A stretch of DNA of 14,007 nucleotides, from the NCBI GenBank assembly GCA_048940445.1, contig JBHLON010000049.1, positions 3,892 to 17,898 on the forward strand. The letters are read 5' to 3'. The translations under genes were made by a program, and so were the position numbers. Source of the stretch: Promethearchaeota archaeon (GTDB taxonomy: Archaea > Asgardarchaeota > Lokiarchaeia > Sigyniarchaeales > SOKP01). Of the stretch, positions 1 through 8,984 are shown piece by piece; position 1 is the first letter of the stretch; the number at the start of each line of letters is the position of its first letter. Below the pieces are notes generated by a model that was given only the letters and a program-made list of their open reading frames with translations, did not search any database and was not told where the DNA came from.

Positions 1-392
1 GAAAGTTAACCTGTATCTTATGTAAGCGATTAATGATTAGGATAGCAATGCGAATTGCAAATTTAGAAAAGACCAACTTTATAGTTACAGGAGATATCTT
101 AGGAGAACAGGCAAGTCAAACGTTAGATAATATTTATTTATATAATGATCTCATATCTAATTATATCCTTATTAGACCTCTTATTGGTTGGAATAAATTG
201 GAGGTTATAGAACTAAATAAGAGACTAGGTTTATATGATATAGTTTCACACTTAACAATATCATGCCAGTATAATCCTCAATATCCTGAAACTCACGGGA
301 AGTTAAAAGAAGTTCAACTTAATGAATTAAAGCTAAATTTCTCAGAGATTTGCAAAGAATCAATAAAATCTGCTGAACTATTTATATTCTAA
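1..392 (+). CDS. thiI: tRNA 4-thiouridine synthase ThiI, C-terminal part (5'-truncated by window edge)
   Basis: Frame is open from nt 3 (KLTCILCKRLM...), so the gene starts upstream of the window. ThiI motifs: CxxCKR, IVTGDxLGEQASQTLDN, RPLIGWNK.EVI...KRLG.YD, plus a downstream Cys (the CxxC + C arrangement of archaeal Fe-S ThiI). Confidence 0.9.
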   Translation, partial: KLTCILCKRLMIRIAMRIANLEKTNFIVTGDILGEQASQTLDNIYLYNDLISNYILIRPLIGWNKLEVIELNKRLGLYDIVSHLTISCQYNPQYPETHGKLKEVQLNELKLNFSEICKESIKSAELFIF

Positions 393-773
393 CTCTAAAT
401 CATTGATTAACTTTTTAAATTCAGCATCATCTAATTCAATTTCTTGGTAGAGTCTTAGTGCTTCACTTATAATTTGGGCTAAAATATGTTTGCAAAATAC
501 TCTCTTTCTTTTTATCACTACACTCTTATAAAAATCTTGACAAGAACAATATAGTTTTGGATAGATTATATGTTCGCATTTTTCCCCTAAGGCTATCCAA
601 ATGCTCCGATTTGAAGGTTTATAGATATATTTAAAAATACCTTTATTTAATACATCTAAAACTTTATCTGATTTATTAGGAAAAACCTCTTCTATAGAAT
701 TGATTAAATCACGTTCATTGTTTCCCTTTTTCTCAATGTTTATAAAAAAATTACTAAAAAAATTATTAGTCAT
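378..773 (-). CDS. SWIM zinc-finger protein, SWS1/ZSWIM7-like
   Basis: 131 aa with CSC-x15-CKH (CSCQDFYKSVVIKRKRVFCKHILA). Convergent 15-nt overlap with the thiI 3' end. Confidence 0.85.
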   Translation of the reverse strand: MTNNFFSNFFINIEKKGNNERDLINSIEEVFPNKSDKVLDVLNKGIFKYIYKPSNRSIWIALGEKCEHIIYPKLYCSCQDFYKSVVIKRKRVFCKHILAQIISEALRLYQEIELDDAEFKKLINDLELEYK

Positions 774-822
774 ATATATTTCATATTATTAGTAGGAATA
801 ATTAGTAATAAGGATCATTAAT

Positions 823-2109
823 TTGTCTAAAATTCTATATCTACCAACAAGATACTATCCTGCAATTTCTGGAGCAGAATTTTATATACAAAGAATCGCT
901 GAAATCCTAACTTTTAAATATAAGTATACAGCAGACATTTTCACATCAGACGGTCTTGATTTCAGAAGTTTAAGAGATTCAAGAGGAAAAAAAGTTACAA
1001 AGAAAAATAAATTTTATTCAAATGTTAATAATTTGAAGGTTAATCGTTTTTCCATAGATTATAGTAAGTCATTAGATGATAAAATACAAAAATTAGAAAG
1101 AATACCCCAATATGATAAATTGGGAATTCCTCAAAATTCCTTAGTGCAATATCTAAAAAATGGACCTTTTTCACTCCGCTTGATCGACTATTTTTTGAGT
1201 AAAAAAAATATTGAATTCGATTTAATCCATACGACTTTTTATCCTTATTTTAACCTGATAACTAGCTTAATAATAGGAACTTCAAGGAAGATACCAACCG
1301 TTTGCACTCCTTTTTTTCATTTCTCAAATCCTCGATATTTAAACCTTGATTTACTTATAATTTTAAAAAAATTTGATAAATTAATTGCATGTACAAATTT
1401 AGAAAAAAGAAATTTAATAAAATTCTTAAAAGTCCCTGAACGAAAAGTAGATGTGATTCCAATGGGGGTAGATTATAAAAAATTCAATGCAAAAACCAAA
1501 GGAAAAAAGTCTTATAAATTTAAGCAAAGTTTTTTTAAGACAGGGGAAGAAAAGTTTAAGATGGTACTTTTTTGTGGATATAAAAACTATGAAAAAGGAG
1601 CAATTTCAATTTTAAACGCAATTCCTCTTATCACGAAACATCTAAAAAATATATATTTCGTTTTTATTGGGCCTTCTACAATGGCTTTTAATAGAGAATC
1701 ATCAAGAATACAGAAAAAAGTAAATTTTAGAATCCTTAATCTTACTCCAGAAAATCTTACAGGCTATTACGACAAGAAAAAGATTGCTGCATTCAAAGAA
1801 ACTGATATCTATTTAATGCCAAGTCGAAGTGATGCTTTTGGAATAGCCTTTTTGGAGGCTTGGGCGTCAAGAAAGCCTGTTATTGGAGCAAATATAGGTG
1901 CAACTCCAGAAGTCATAAGAAATAACGTAGATGGTTTATTGGTAGAATTTGATAATCCTTATGAGATTGCAAACAAAGTACTTTATCTTTTGAAAAATAA
2001 AGATACAAGAATGAAATTAGGCTCAAGAGGGCGAACCAAAGTAATAAAGCATTATACTTGGGAAAATGTTGCAAATAGAACCATAGCCCTCTATAGAGAT
2101 TTAGTATAA
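823..2109 (+). CDS. Glycosyltransferase family 4 (GT-B, RfaB-like)
   Basis: N-terminal YYPAISGAE motif, IPMGVD, and C-terminal MPSRSDAFGIAFLEAWASRKPVI...GATPEVI...DGLLV signature. TTG start preceded by AAGGA. Confidence 0.92.
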   Translation: MSKILYLPTRYYPAISGAEFYIQRIAEILTFKYKYTADIFTSDGLDFRSLRDSRGKKVTKKNKFYSNVNNLKVNRFSIDYSKSLDDKIQKLERIPQYDKLGIPQNSLVQYLKNGPFSLRLIDYFLSKKNIEFDLIHTTFYPYFNLITSLIIGTSRKIPTVCTPFFHFSNPRYLNLDLLIILKKFDKLIACTNLEKRNLIKFLKVPERKVDVIPMGVDYKKFNAKTKGKKSYKFKQSFFKTGEEKFKMVLFCGYKNYEKGAISILNAIPLITKHLKNIYFVFIGPSTMAFNRESSRIQKKVNFRILNLTPENLTGYYDKKKIAAFKETDIYLMPSRSDAFGIAFLEAWASRKPVIGANIGATPEVIRNNVDGLLVEFDNPYEIANKVLYLLKNKDTRMKLGSRGRTKVIKHYTWENVANRTIALYRDLV

Positions 2110-2123
2110 AGATGTGAAATTAA

Positions 2124-3344
2124 ATGAAAAGAATTGCTGGAAATCCTTATATAATCAAGAATGGAAATGATCTGACTATTGATTCATTATCGATCTCCAA
2201 ATTTTTAGAGGTAACCAAAACACCTTTTTTTGTATTTCTAGAAAATAGGATTAAAGACAACGTTAGAAACTTTTGTCAAACATTTAAATCTATATTTAAG
2301 GATATTCAAGTTTTTTATTCTTTTAAAGCAAATTTCCTTCCCGAAATTTGTAGAATAATTTGCGCTGAAGGAATGGGTGCCGAATTGGTTGGCTTACCAG
2401 AACTTAAATTAGCTTTAAAAATTGGCTTTTCTCCAGCAAAAATTATAATTGGAGGTCCATATTTGCCAAAAGAGTTAATTGAAACTAGTATAAAATTACA
2501 AGTGAAAGAGATCATAATTTATCATTTAGATTATCTTAAAAAAGTAGATTCTATTGCTCAGAAGTTAAATATAGTACAAGATGTATGTTTGAGGATCAGA
2601 TCTCAAAAATTTAACACAAAATTAGGTATTAATTTCAATGAAAGTAATCTAAACCAGTTAGCCCATTTAAAAAGAAAATTTAAAAATATTAAGATAAATT
2701 CTATTTTATCCCATTACACGACTCAAATGAATAGCATAGAGCAATATAACAAAAATATCGATAATTTAGTAGGTATATTTAAAATATTGTCGCAAAAAGG
2801 ACTAAACATTTCAAATTTAAATCTTGGAGGCGGGTTTCCTGAGGCATCTATTTTGTCAGAAAAACAATTAAAGAAAGTGGCGGTTAATATAAAGCAAAAA
2901 TTATCAAATTTTGAATTAGAGGATAAAAATTTGTACTTTGAACCTGGTAGGTATTTTGTTGGAGATTCCGGCTTGATTATTGCAAAAATAATTAATACAA
3001 CTAATAACAGATGGATTTTTATAAACATCGGAAATCATATTTGTCCTAAATTTGCAAGAAATTCATTAAGATTTTATAATATATCACAACTTAGTAAACC
3101 CCATAAATTTAAAACTTCTATTGGAGGAATCATGCCTACAGATCAAGATGTATTAGCTAAAAACTATTTTTTCACTAAAGAAAATAAAAAAGGAGACTTG
3201 GTTTTAATAACGAATGTGGGTGCGTATACTCTAACTTTTTCAAATCGATTTCCTTATGGCTTACCAAATATCTTTCTTATAACGGAAAGAAAAATTAAGC
3301 AAATCTTTAATAGCACATGTGATCATGATTTTTCTATATTTTAA
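2124..3344 (+). CDS. Fold-type III PLP-dependent decarboxylase family protein (diaminopimelate/ornithine decarboxylase-like, divergent)
   Basis: YSFKAN (PLP lysine), NLGGGFP, FEPGRYFV and GAY motifs present. The canonical GPxCESGD segment reads GIMPTDQD, so the substrate is uncertain. Confidence 0.8.
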   Translation: MKRIAGNPYIIKNGNDLTIDSLSISKFLEVTKTPFFVFLENRIKDNVRNFCQTFKSIFKDIQVFYSFKANFLPEICRIICAEGMGAELVGLPELKLALKIGFSPAKIIIGGPYLPKELIETSIKLQVKEIIIYHLDYLKKVDSIAQKLNIVQDVCLRIRSQKFNTKLGINFNESNLNQLAHLKRKFKNIKINSILSHYTTQMNSIEQYNKNIDNLVGIFKILSQKGLNISNLNLGGGFPEASILSEKQLKKVAVNIKQKLSNFELEDKNLYFEPGRYFVGDSGLIIAKIINTTNNRWIFINIGNHICPKFARNSLRFYNISQLSKPHKFKTSIGGIMPTDQDVLAKNYFFTKENKKGDLVLITNVGAYTLTFSNRFPYGLPNIFLITERKIKQIFNSTCDHDFSIF

Positions 3345-3426
3345 TAATATGTGAATAATATATGAATTCTAATTTTTTAGCTTCAATACTTCAGTAAGAT
3401 AAAATTAAACTAAGGACATTTTATAA

Positions 3427-4533
3427 ATGGAATCATTAATAAAGAATGCTCGAAAAAGAGAAACAGTCAGACCTGTGAAAGAGAATTATGGATATGCAAA
3501 TATAAAAATTGTAGGTTGTGGTGGTGCAGGAAATAATACTATAGATCGCCTTATGAAGATTGGAATTAGGGGAGCAAAATGTGTTGCTATTAATACTGAT
3601 TGCCAGCATTTAGATATGGTTGAGGCTCACATAAAAGTCCTAATAGGAAAGAATCTAACTAGGGGATTAGGTGCAGGTGGAAATCCAGAAATAGGACGCG
3701 CAGCAGCGGAGGAGTCTAGAGAAGATTTAACTAAAATTTTGAGGGATTCAAATTTAGTATTCATAACTTGTGGAGAGGGTGGTGGAACCGGTACTGGGAG
3801 TGCACCTATTGTCGCAGAAATTGCAAAATTGGAAGGAGCAATTGTTGTAGGGGTAGTTACCCTACCTTTTGATACAGAAATAGGTCGTATTGACAAAGCT
3901 CAAATAGGGTTAAATGAATTAAAGAATTACGCTGATACATTGGTAGTGATTGATAATAATCGTTTACTAGATATAGCTCCAGATTTGCCAATCATAGAGG
4001 CTTTTAGTGTGGCTGATGAAGTTCTAGCCACAATGGTTAAAGGTATTACTGAAACAATTTCTCTTCCTTCCTTGATTAATTTAGATTTTGCAGATGTTCG
4101 AACAATATTAAGCACGGGCGGTGTTGCAATTGTGGGTGTAGGGGAATCAGCAGATAAAGAACATCGAGTGAGTGAAGCAATTGAAGATGCTCTTAGCTCT
4201 CCCTTATTAGATGTATCAATAGATGGTGCAAAAGGCGCTTTGATTCATATTTGTGGAGGAAATGATATGACTTTAGCAGAAGCAAATTCAGTTGCAAAGA
4301 AGATTACAGAGAAAATGGATGTTAATGATTCAATGGTAATATGGGGTGCGAGAGTGAATGATGAGTATAATGGATATCTAAGAGTTATGCTTCTAATCAC
4401 GGGAATCAAGTCCCCTCAAATCTTTGGGAAAGGAAGCACCTATGAATCAGGAATTTCTAGCAAACAAATGCCTAAACAAAAAATTGGATTGTCAAATGAT
4501 ATTTTTAATATTGGAGAATTATCCTTTGATTAA
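3427..4533 (+). CDS. ftsZ: Cell division GTPase FtsZ (archaeal FtsZ2-like)
   Basis: GCGGAGNN, NTD, GLGAGGNP, tubulin signature GGGTGTG, T7 loop INLDFADV, IWGA. Confidence 0.97.
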   Translation: MESLIKNARKRETVRPVKENYGYANIKIVGCGGAGNNTIDRLMKIGIRGAKCVAINTDCQHLDMVEAHIKVLIGKNLTRGLGAGGNPEIGRAAAEESREDLTKILRDSNLVFITCGEGGGTGTGSAPIVAEIAKLEGAIVVGVVTLPFDTEIGRIDKAQIGLNELKNYADTLVVIDNNRLLDIAPDLPIIEAFSVADEVLATMVKGITETISLPSLINLDFADVRTILSTGGVAIVGVGESADKEHRVSEAIEDALSSPLLDVSIDGAKGALIHICGGNDMTLAEANSVAKKITEKMDVNDSMVIWGARVNDEYNGYLRVMLLITGIKSPQIFGKGSTYESGISSKQMPKQKIGLSNDIFNIGELSFD

Positions 4534-4580
4534 ATAAAAAATTCATTTCTCTTTATAAACTCAATTTAAAATATAATGAT

Positions 4581-4937
4581 ATGGAAAGCAAATATTCTCC
4601 TTCTATTGAAGATCAGACAGATAAATTTCTACTTTACTTGAATGAATGGAAAGAATTATTTTCAATAAAATTAAATTATTATGATGAAGGATGGGCCATT
4701 TCTCTAAGAGAGAAAAATGTTTACCCACGTTATATCGTGCTATTTAAACCATATGGGTTAGAAAAGTATTCCCTTAAAAGTTTTGAAATCCATTTTGATG
4801 AAAGTGATAATGAAACTTTTAATGAAATTTATTTTAATAAAGATATTGGCAATTCCGATGAAGTTATTAATGAAATCAAAGAAATTATTTATGGGAAGGA
4901 CATTATTGATAAGATACTAAGAGATATTCATGAATGA
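4581..4937 (+). CDS. Hypothetical acidic protein
   Basis: 118-aa ATG-initiated ORF filling the gap between ftsZ and the convergent KH gene; no recognised motif. Confidence 0.7.
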   Translation: MESKYSPSIEDQTDKFLLYLNEWKELFSIKLNYYDEGWAISLREKNVYPRYIVLFKPYGLEKYSLKSFEIHFDESDNETFNEIYFNKDIGNSDEVINEIKEIIYGKDIIDKILRDIHE

Positions 4938-4955
4938 AAAGTATATCTATAATTT

Positions 4956-5513
4956 TTAGAATTCAGGTTTATACATTTTTCGAAATTCTTCCCTTTGTCT
5001 TTCATTATACTTTTTCTCCAAAAATCTTAACACATTATGATGCGGAATTCCACTTAACAACATGTTAATTGCTTTTCTAGCTATCTGTAAATTATCATAA
5101 TCAGCAATTATTGAAATTGTTTTTCCATAAACAGATACATAACTTTCAGCATACCTCTCTATTGCCTTTCTCATTTCACCATTTCTTCCAATTATTCTAC
5201 CCTTTACCCTCTTTATTTTCTTCTCAGACTTTCCTAAGAGATTATAAAGATTAAATATTTCTAGCTCATAAGCATCTTCAACTAGTTTCATAGCTTTAAT
5301 CGGATTAAAGCCCCTATTAATTGCATTTAAAATTTTTTCTGCAGTGTATACATTCAAGGGATTATAATTGGGGCTTTCTAGAATAGGTTTAACTTCGCAA
5401 TCTCCTGTCTTGCTATCTAGGATAATTTTAACATTTAAATCATCCTCAATATTTCTTTTAGTCTCCCCATTTTTACCAATAATTACAGCAATTCTATTTT
5501 TACCAATCTTCAT
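4956..5513 (-). CDS. dim2: KH-domain small-subunit rRNA processing protein (aDim2/Pno1/Krr1 family)
   Basis: Two GxxG KH motifs (RIAVIIGKNGETK, KGRIIGRNG), AINRGFNP, and MLLSGIPH..V.RFLE. Directly downstream of rio1, as is usual in archaea. Confidence 0.93.
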   Translation of the reverse strand: MKIGKNRIAVIIGKNGETKRNIEDDLNVKIILDSKTGDCEVKPILESPNYNPLNVYTAEKILNAINRGFNPIKAMKLVEDAYELEIFNLYNLLGKSEKKIKRVKGRIIGRNGEMRKAIERYAESYVSVYGKTISIIADYDNLQIARKAINMLLSGIPHHNVLRFLEKKYNERQREEFRKMYKPEF

Positions 5514-5516
5514 TAT

Positions 5517-6350
5517 TTAATTCATTTTTTTATCAATTATTTCATTATAAAAAGATTCCAAATCAGGTAGTTTGACTCCAAATCTTTGAAAATAATTTGA
5601 AATGTTTTTGATATCTCTCACTAAATAAACTTCTGCTTTTGGATGTCGAATATCTACCGCTTGAGAAATGTCTATAACAAAAGCTTTTTGATTATGATAT
5701 AAAATGTTAAATTCTGATAAATCTCCATGAACGAGATTTGCTTTTTGATATAAATTCTTGATAAAGTTAAAAATTTGATTTAATAAACCTATAGGATCGT
5801 TTAATTTTTTGATATCTTTAAGTTTTGGGGCGGGAATGGATTGAAACCCAATATATTCCATAATTAATATATTATCTTTAACATAAATTGGTTTTGGTAC
5901 ACTTAATCCTTCCCTAAATGCTCGCATAAGATTTTTATATTCTTTACTTGCCCATAAAAAGATAATTTTTGATGGGTTGTGAGGTACCTTTTTGAAGCGA
6001 GGATCTCCAACAATATAATTATACATCCACTTTGATATGTTACTATCAATTTTGTAAATTTTAACTGCAACTTCTAAACCTGTTTTGGTATAAGCTAAAT
6101 ATATATTAGCTTCCTTACCTGCTGATATAATTCCTTCGACTTTATTTAGTGGACCATTAACTAGTATCTTATTCAAATTGAAAACGGTTCTTTCATCAAA
6201 AACAGATTCTACAGCAGCTTTCTTCTTTGTTTGATCAATTCTTTTTATCCTTTTGTAATCTATACTTTTTTTTTCTAAATCATCTATATCAGAATTTACC
6301 TCTTCGTTCAAAAAATTATCATCATATTTTTTATCATTATCCATTAACAT
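5517..6350 (-). CDS. rio1: RIO1 serine/threonine kinase-ATPase (small-subunit maturation)
   Basis: SAGKEANIY, AVKIY, YIVGDPRF, WASKEYKNL, VHGDLSEFNIL, IDISQAV. Start placed at ATG 6350 behind GGAGG (6360-6356); ATG 6344 is an alternative. Confidence 0.95.
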   Translation of the reverse strand: MLMDNDKKYDDNFLNEEVNSDIDDLEKKSIDYKRIKRIDQTKKKAAVESVFDERTVFNLNKILVNGPLNKVEGIISAGKEANIYLAYTKTGLEVAVKIYKIDSNISKWMYNYIVGDPRFKKVPHNPSKIIFLWASKEYKNLMRAFREGLSVPKPIYVKDNILIMEYIGFQSIPAPKLKDIKKLNDPIGLLNQIFNFIKNLYQKANLVHGDLSEFNILYHNQKAFVIDISQAVDIRHPKAEVYLVRDIKNISNYFQRFGVKLPDLESFYNEIIDKKMN

Positions 6351-7272
6351 TTTCTCCTCCAATTATCTTAAAAGAGTTCTTTTGATCAAAAAAGAAGGAA
6401 AAATTCTTCACTAATTTTTGATTATCATCGCTCTTTAATACGATTTTATTTTTAGTAATATTTTCAATTATATATTTGTGATTATCAATTTCAATAATAT
6501 CATTTTTTCTAAAAGGTAAAAATCTTATTAACGACTTTAACCTATAAATGTTTTTACCTTTTTGGATGTCCCTTCCTACTAATTTTTTAGTTCTTTTTAG
6601 AATGAAATGATATTTATTTCTCAAATGTGAAATTAAATGATTTAATAACTCATTTGTGCTTAACATAAGGTCTAAACCATATTTCTGGTCTACAATTTTT
6701 GAAATATATTGTTTATTATCCCTTTGGAATAGTTTTTCAACATACATTTGAATAGAATCCAGCGCTTCTTTAATTAAATTAAAGTAATTCTCATCATTTA
6801 CACGTAATTGTAGTATTGATAAATAGTAGGTCCCTCCTCTCAAATTTAAACAATTTTTGCATAATTCATAATTAATATTAACCATAATTAATTGTGTATG
6901 AGTTATTTTTGGATCTTCTTTTAGGGATCCATTAATATTAACTTCTAATGAGTTTAACAAGTTATCAGACGAATATTTAAAACTAGATTTATTAAAATCT
7001 AAATTAAAATTAACTTTTTCAGATTTTAAGTAAGTCTTTAATAGGAACCTCGAGATCGCTTGTTCAATAATAAAAAAAATGTCATCAGTATCCACTTGAA
7101 TCCAATCTTCCTTCTTCGAATAACTTGCGCAATCAAGACAAACATTAAAATCAAAATTAGAGGGAAATTCGAATAATGGATGTTCCTTTAAAAAACATGA
7201 AAGACACAATCCAACATGAGGTGAATCGTTCTTTATATTTATTCCACAAACAGCACAAAACCTATGGGGCAT
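6337..7272 (-). CDS. nmd3: NMD3 family large-subunit maturation protein
   Basis: Four CxxC pairs (CAVC, CLSC, CLDC, CKNC), GGTYY.SILQLR, and KLVGRD...GK.IYR. Start overlaps the upstream stop (TGATG). Confidence 0.92.
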   Translation of the reverse strand: MPHRFCAVCGINIKNDSPHVGLCLSCFLKEHPLFEFPSNFDFNVCLDCASYSKKEDWIQVDTDDIFFIIEQAISRFLLKTYLKSEKVNFNLDFNKSSFKYSSDNLLNSLEVNINGSLKEDPKITHTQLIMVNINYELCKNCLNLRGGTYYLSILQLRVNDENYFNLIKEALDSIQMYVEKLFQRDNKQYISKIVDQKYGLDLMLSTNELLNHLISHLRNKYHFILKRTKKLVGRDIQKGKNIYRLKSLIRFLPFRKNDIIEIDNHKYIIENITKNKIVLKSDDNQKLVKNFSFFFDQKNSFKIIGGENVNG

Positions 7273-7568
7273 CAGAACATCATCTTTAAAGCCATTGGGA
7301 CGCCATTTATTAAACGAACCCCCTCTTTAGGAAGGATGTTATGTTCAATTATTTTATTAATAATATTTTCTCCAACAACATTGAAATAAGAAGCATCTTT
7401 CAGAATTTCTATAGCATCTTTAATATCGATAAGATTTCCTCCAAAAAATGGTTCATTAATTTCAATTCTTAAATTACCTTCCATAAAAATCTGATTTAAT
7501 AATAGCTCATCACAGCATGCTACAGTTTGAATTTCATTTCTAGTATGAATTTTCACATAGACTTTCAT
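7272..7568 (-). CDS. DUF424 family protein
   Basis: 98 aa with ACCDELLL, I.E.FFGG, NVVGE..I, V..INGVP.A pattern, located between aIF-2beta and NMD3. Confidence 0.88.
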   Translation of the reverse strand: MKVYVKIHTRNEIQTVACCDELLLNQIFMEGNLRIEINEPFFGGNLIDIKDAIEILKDASYFNVVGENIINKIIEHNILPKEGVRLINGVPMALKMMF

Positions 7569-7577
7569 AATTTAATT

Positions 7578-8000
7578 TCATTTTTCTTTGATTTCTTCTC
7601 TTGCTCCACAGGCAGTACATTTAAGAAATTCTTTCCTGCCTTCTCTTTGGATTTCAGTATCTGGTTTATTACATATTTTACATAAAACATAAGTTTTTGA
7701 ATATTGTTCAATAAGTCTATTTAATACTTGCTCTTTATATATACCTTTTAAAAATAATTGTTGTCCTCGAATTTCTCCCATAGTACCTGCTTTTTTAAGA
7801 AAAATACCTAAAAAATGGCGTTTATCTCTATTTAAAGTATTTATAATTTTATTAAAATTTGTAATGTAGGTATTTTTCGATTCAATTCTTAATTGTACTT
7901 TTGGAATTTCAAATCTAGAAAGCTTTTTTACATTTTCTGGTATGCTTTCATATGCCCTTTCAAGAAGTTTTTCATAATTATGAAGATCCATTGATATCAT
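7578..8000 (-). CDS. eif2b: Translation initiation factor 2 beta subunit (aIF-2beta)
   Basis: YEKLLERAY, RFEIP, T.I.NF..I...LNRD, C-terminal zinc ribbon CKICNKPDT...CTACGA. Alternative start ATG 7991. Confidence 0.95.
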   Translation of the reverse strand: MISMDLHNYEKLLERAYESIPENVKKLSRFEIPKVQLRIESKNTYITNFNKIINTLNRDKRHFLGIFLKKAGTMGEIRGQQLFLKGIYKEQVLNRLIEQYSKTYVLCKICNKPDTEIQREGRKEFLKCTACGAREEIKEK

Positions 8001-8104
8001 CTAATCTTATATTCAATAAATAAAAAAATGTATCTTTCAAAATAATTTTTGTCATTTTAAATATCTATTTTTAAAATACTTTTAAAAAAGATAATTATAC
8101 TAAT

Positions 8105-8809
8105 TTAAGGCAAATAAGATTGGTAAATATTTTCTTCAGATTGATAAATTTTTGATTCCATTTCTAATTCTCTAATATGTCTCCTTAACTTTTCCTCAGG
8201 AATATCAATTAACTGTAATAACTTTTTAAAACTTATTCCCCTCTCACTTCGAGAAAACTTTTCTATTATAGATAAAACATTACCTTTAAAATCATCACTA
8301 TTATTTACAGGCTGAGTTAGAAATTTCAGTTCTGAATCCAAATCATTTTCTTCAATAAAATGTTTTTCATAGGATTTCAATTTTTTTATCATTTCAGAAT
8401 CACGTAATAATATTATGTTTACATTTTCAATGTTTTTCATAATCTCAATAGAAATAGAGATAGTCTCATACTTATAACTAATTAATCCTATAATTTCAAC
8501 TAAACTCCCTTTCTCAAAATGGTTGTATAATTCAGGATTAATGTCCCATTTATTTGCTTGTATTAAACCAGTTCCATCGTCTATATCAAATTCGATTCGT
8601 ACGTTTGATTCTTTATTATTATATTGAGAGCTTGAATCGTGAGAACTTACTTTTATTCTCTTTTCAATGATAGTACCATAAATTCGGACTCTTTTTATAG
8701 TACCAAATATAGTCCTTAGCATATTATTTTCTATTGAAAACTTTCCTTCAACAATATGTTTGATCCAACAACGGATTGCAGGTAATCTTTTCCTCTGTAA
8801 ATCACTCAT
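8105..8809 (-). CDS. RPA2/RPA32-like single-stranded DNA-binding subunit (OB fold + C-terminal winged helix)
   Basis: R.PA...I..I..G, RVRIYGTII, IDDGTGLI...W, LVEIIG OB-fold pattern; acidic linker; C-terminal GISFKKL...LRRHIRELEMESKIY wHTH-like segment. ATG at 8809. Confidence 0.82.
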   Translation of the reverse strand: MSDLQRKRLPAIRCWIKHIVEGKFSIENNMLRTIFGTIKRVRIYGTIIEKRIKVSSHDSSSQYNNKESNVRIEFDIDDGTGLIQANKWDINPELYNHFEKGSLVEIIGLISYKYETISISIEIMKNIENVNIILLRDSEMIKKLKSYEKHFIEENDLDSELKFLTQPVNNSDDFKGNVLSIIEKFSRSERGISFKKLLQLIDIPEEKLRRHIRELEMESKIYQSEENIYQSYLP

Positions 8810-8913
8810 CAAAACCTACTCCAAAAAGAAGAATTTAAATATATAAAAGAAAAAAATTTTAGAAATATACATGTATTTATTAAAGCATAAATATACCTTA
8901 TAATCTTTTTATG

Positions 8914-8919
8914 AAAAAA
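8914..8919 (-). terminator. Oligo(T) archaeal terminator downstream of tRNA-iMet
   Basis: Minus strand reads ...CCA CAC TTTTTT directly after the tRNA 3' end. Confidence 0.5.
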
Positions 8920-8939
8920 GTGTGGTAGCGGGGGTTCGA

Positions 8940-8971
8940 ATTTCAGCTTGTTGGAAACCAAACTTCTTGCT
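8940..8971 (-). other. tRNA intron 3 (32 nt, T-loop position 59/60)
   Basis: AGCAAGAAGTTTGGTTTCCAACAAGCTGAAAT. Strict BHB: outer GTTCG/CGAAC, central TTCA/TGAA, bulges AA^A and AT^T, inner GC/GC. Confidence 0.9.
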
Positions 8972-8984
8972 TTTGAACGAACGA

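Noticed and set aside
2315-4115. Antisense ORFs 2315-2515, 2723-3028, 3627-3896, 3927-4115
   Set aside because: Shadow frames inside well-supported plus-strand genes.
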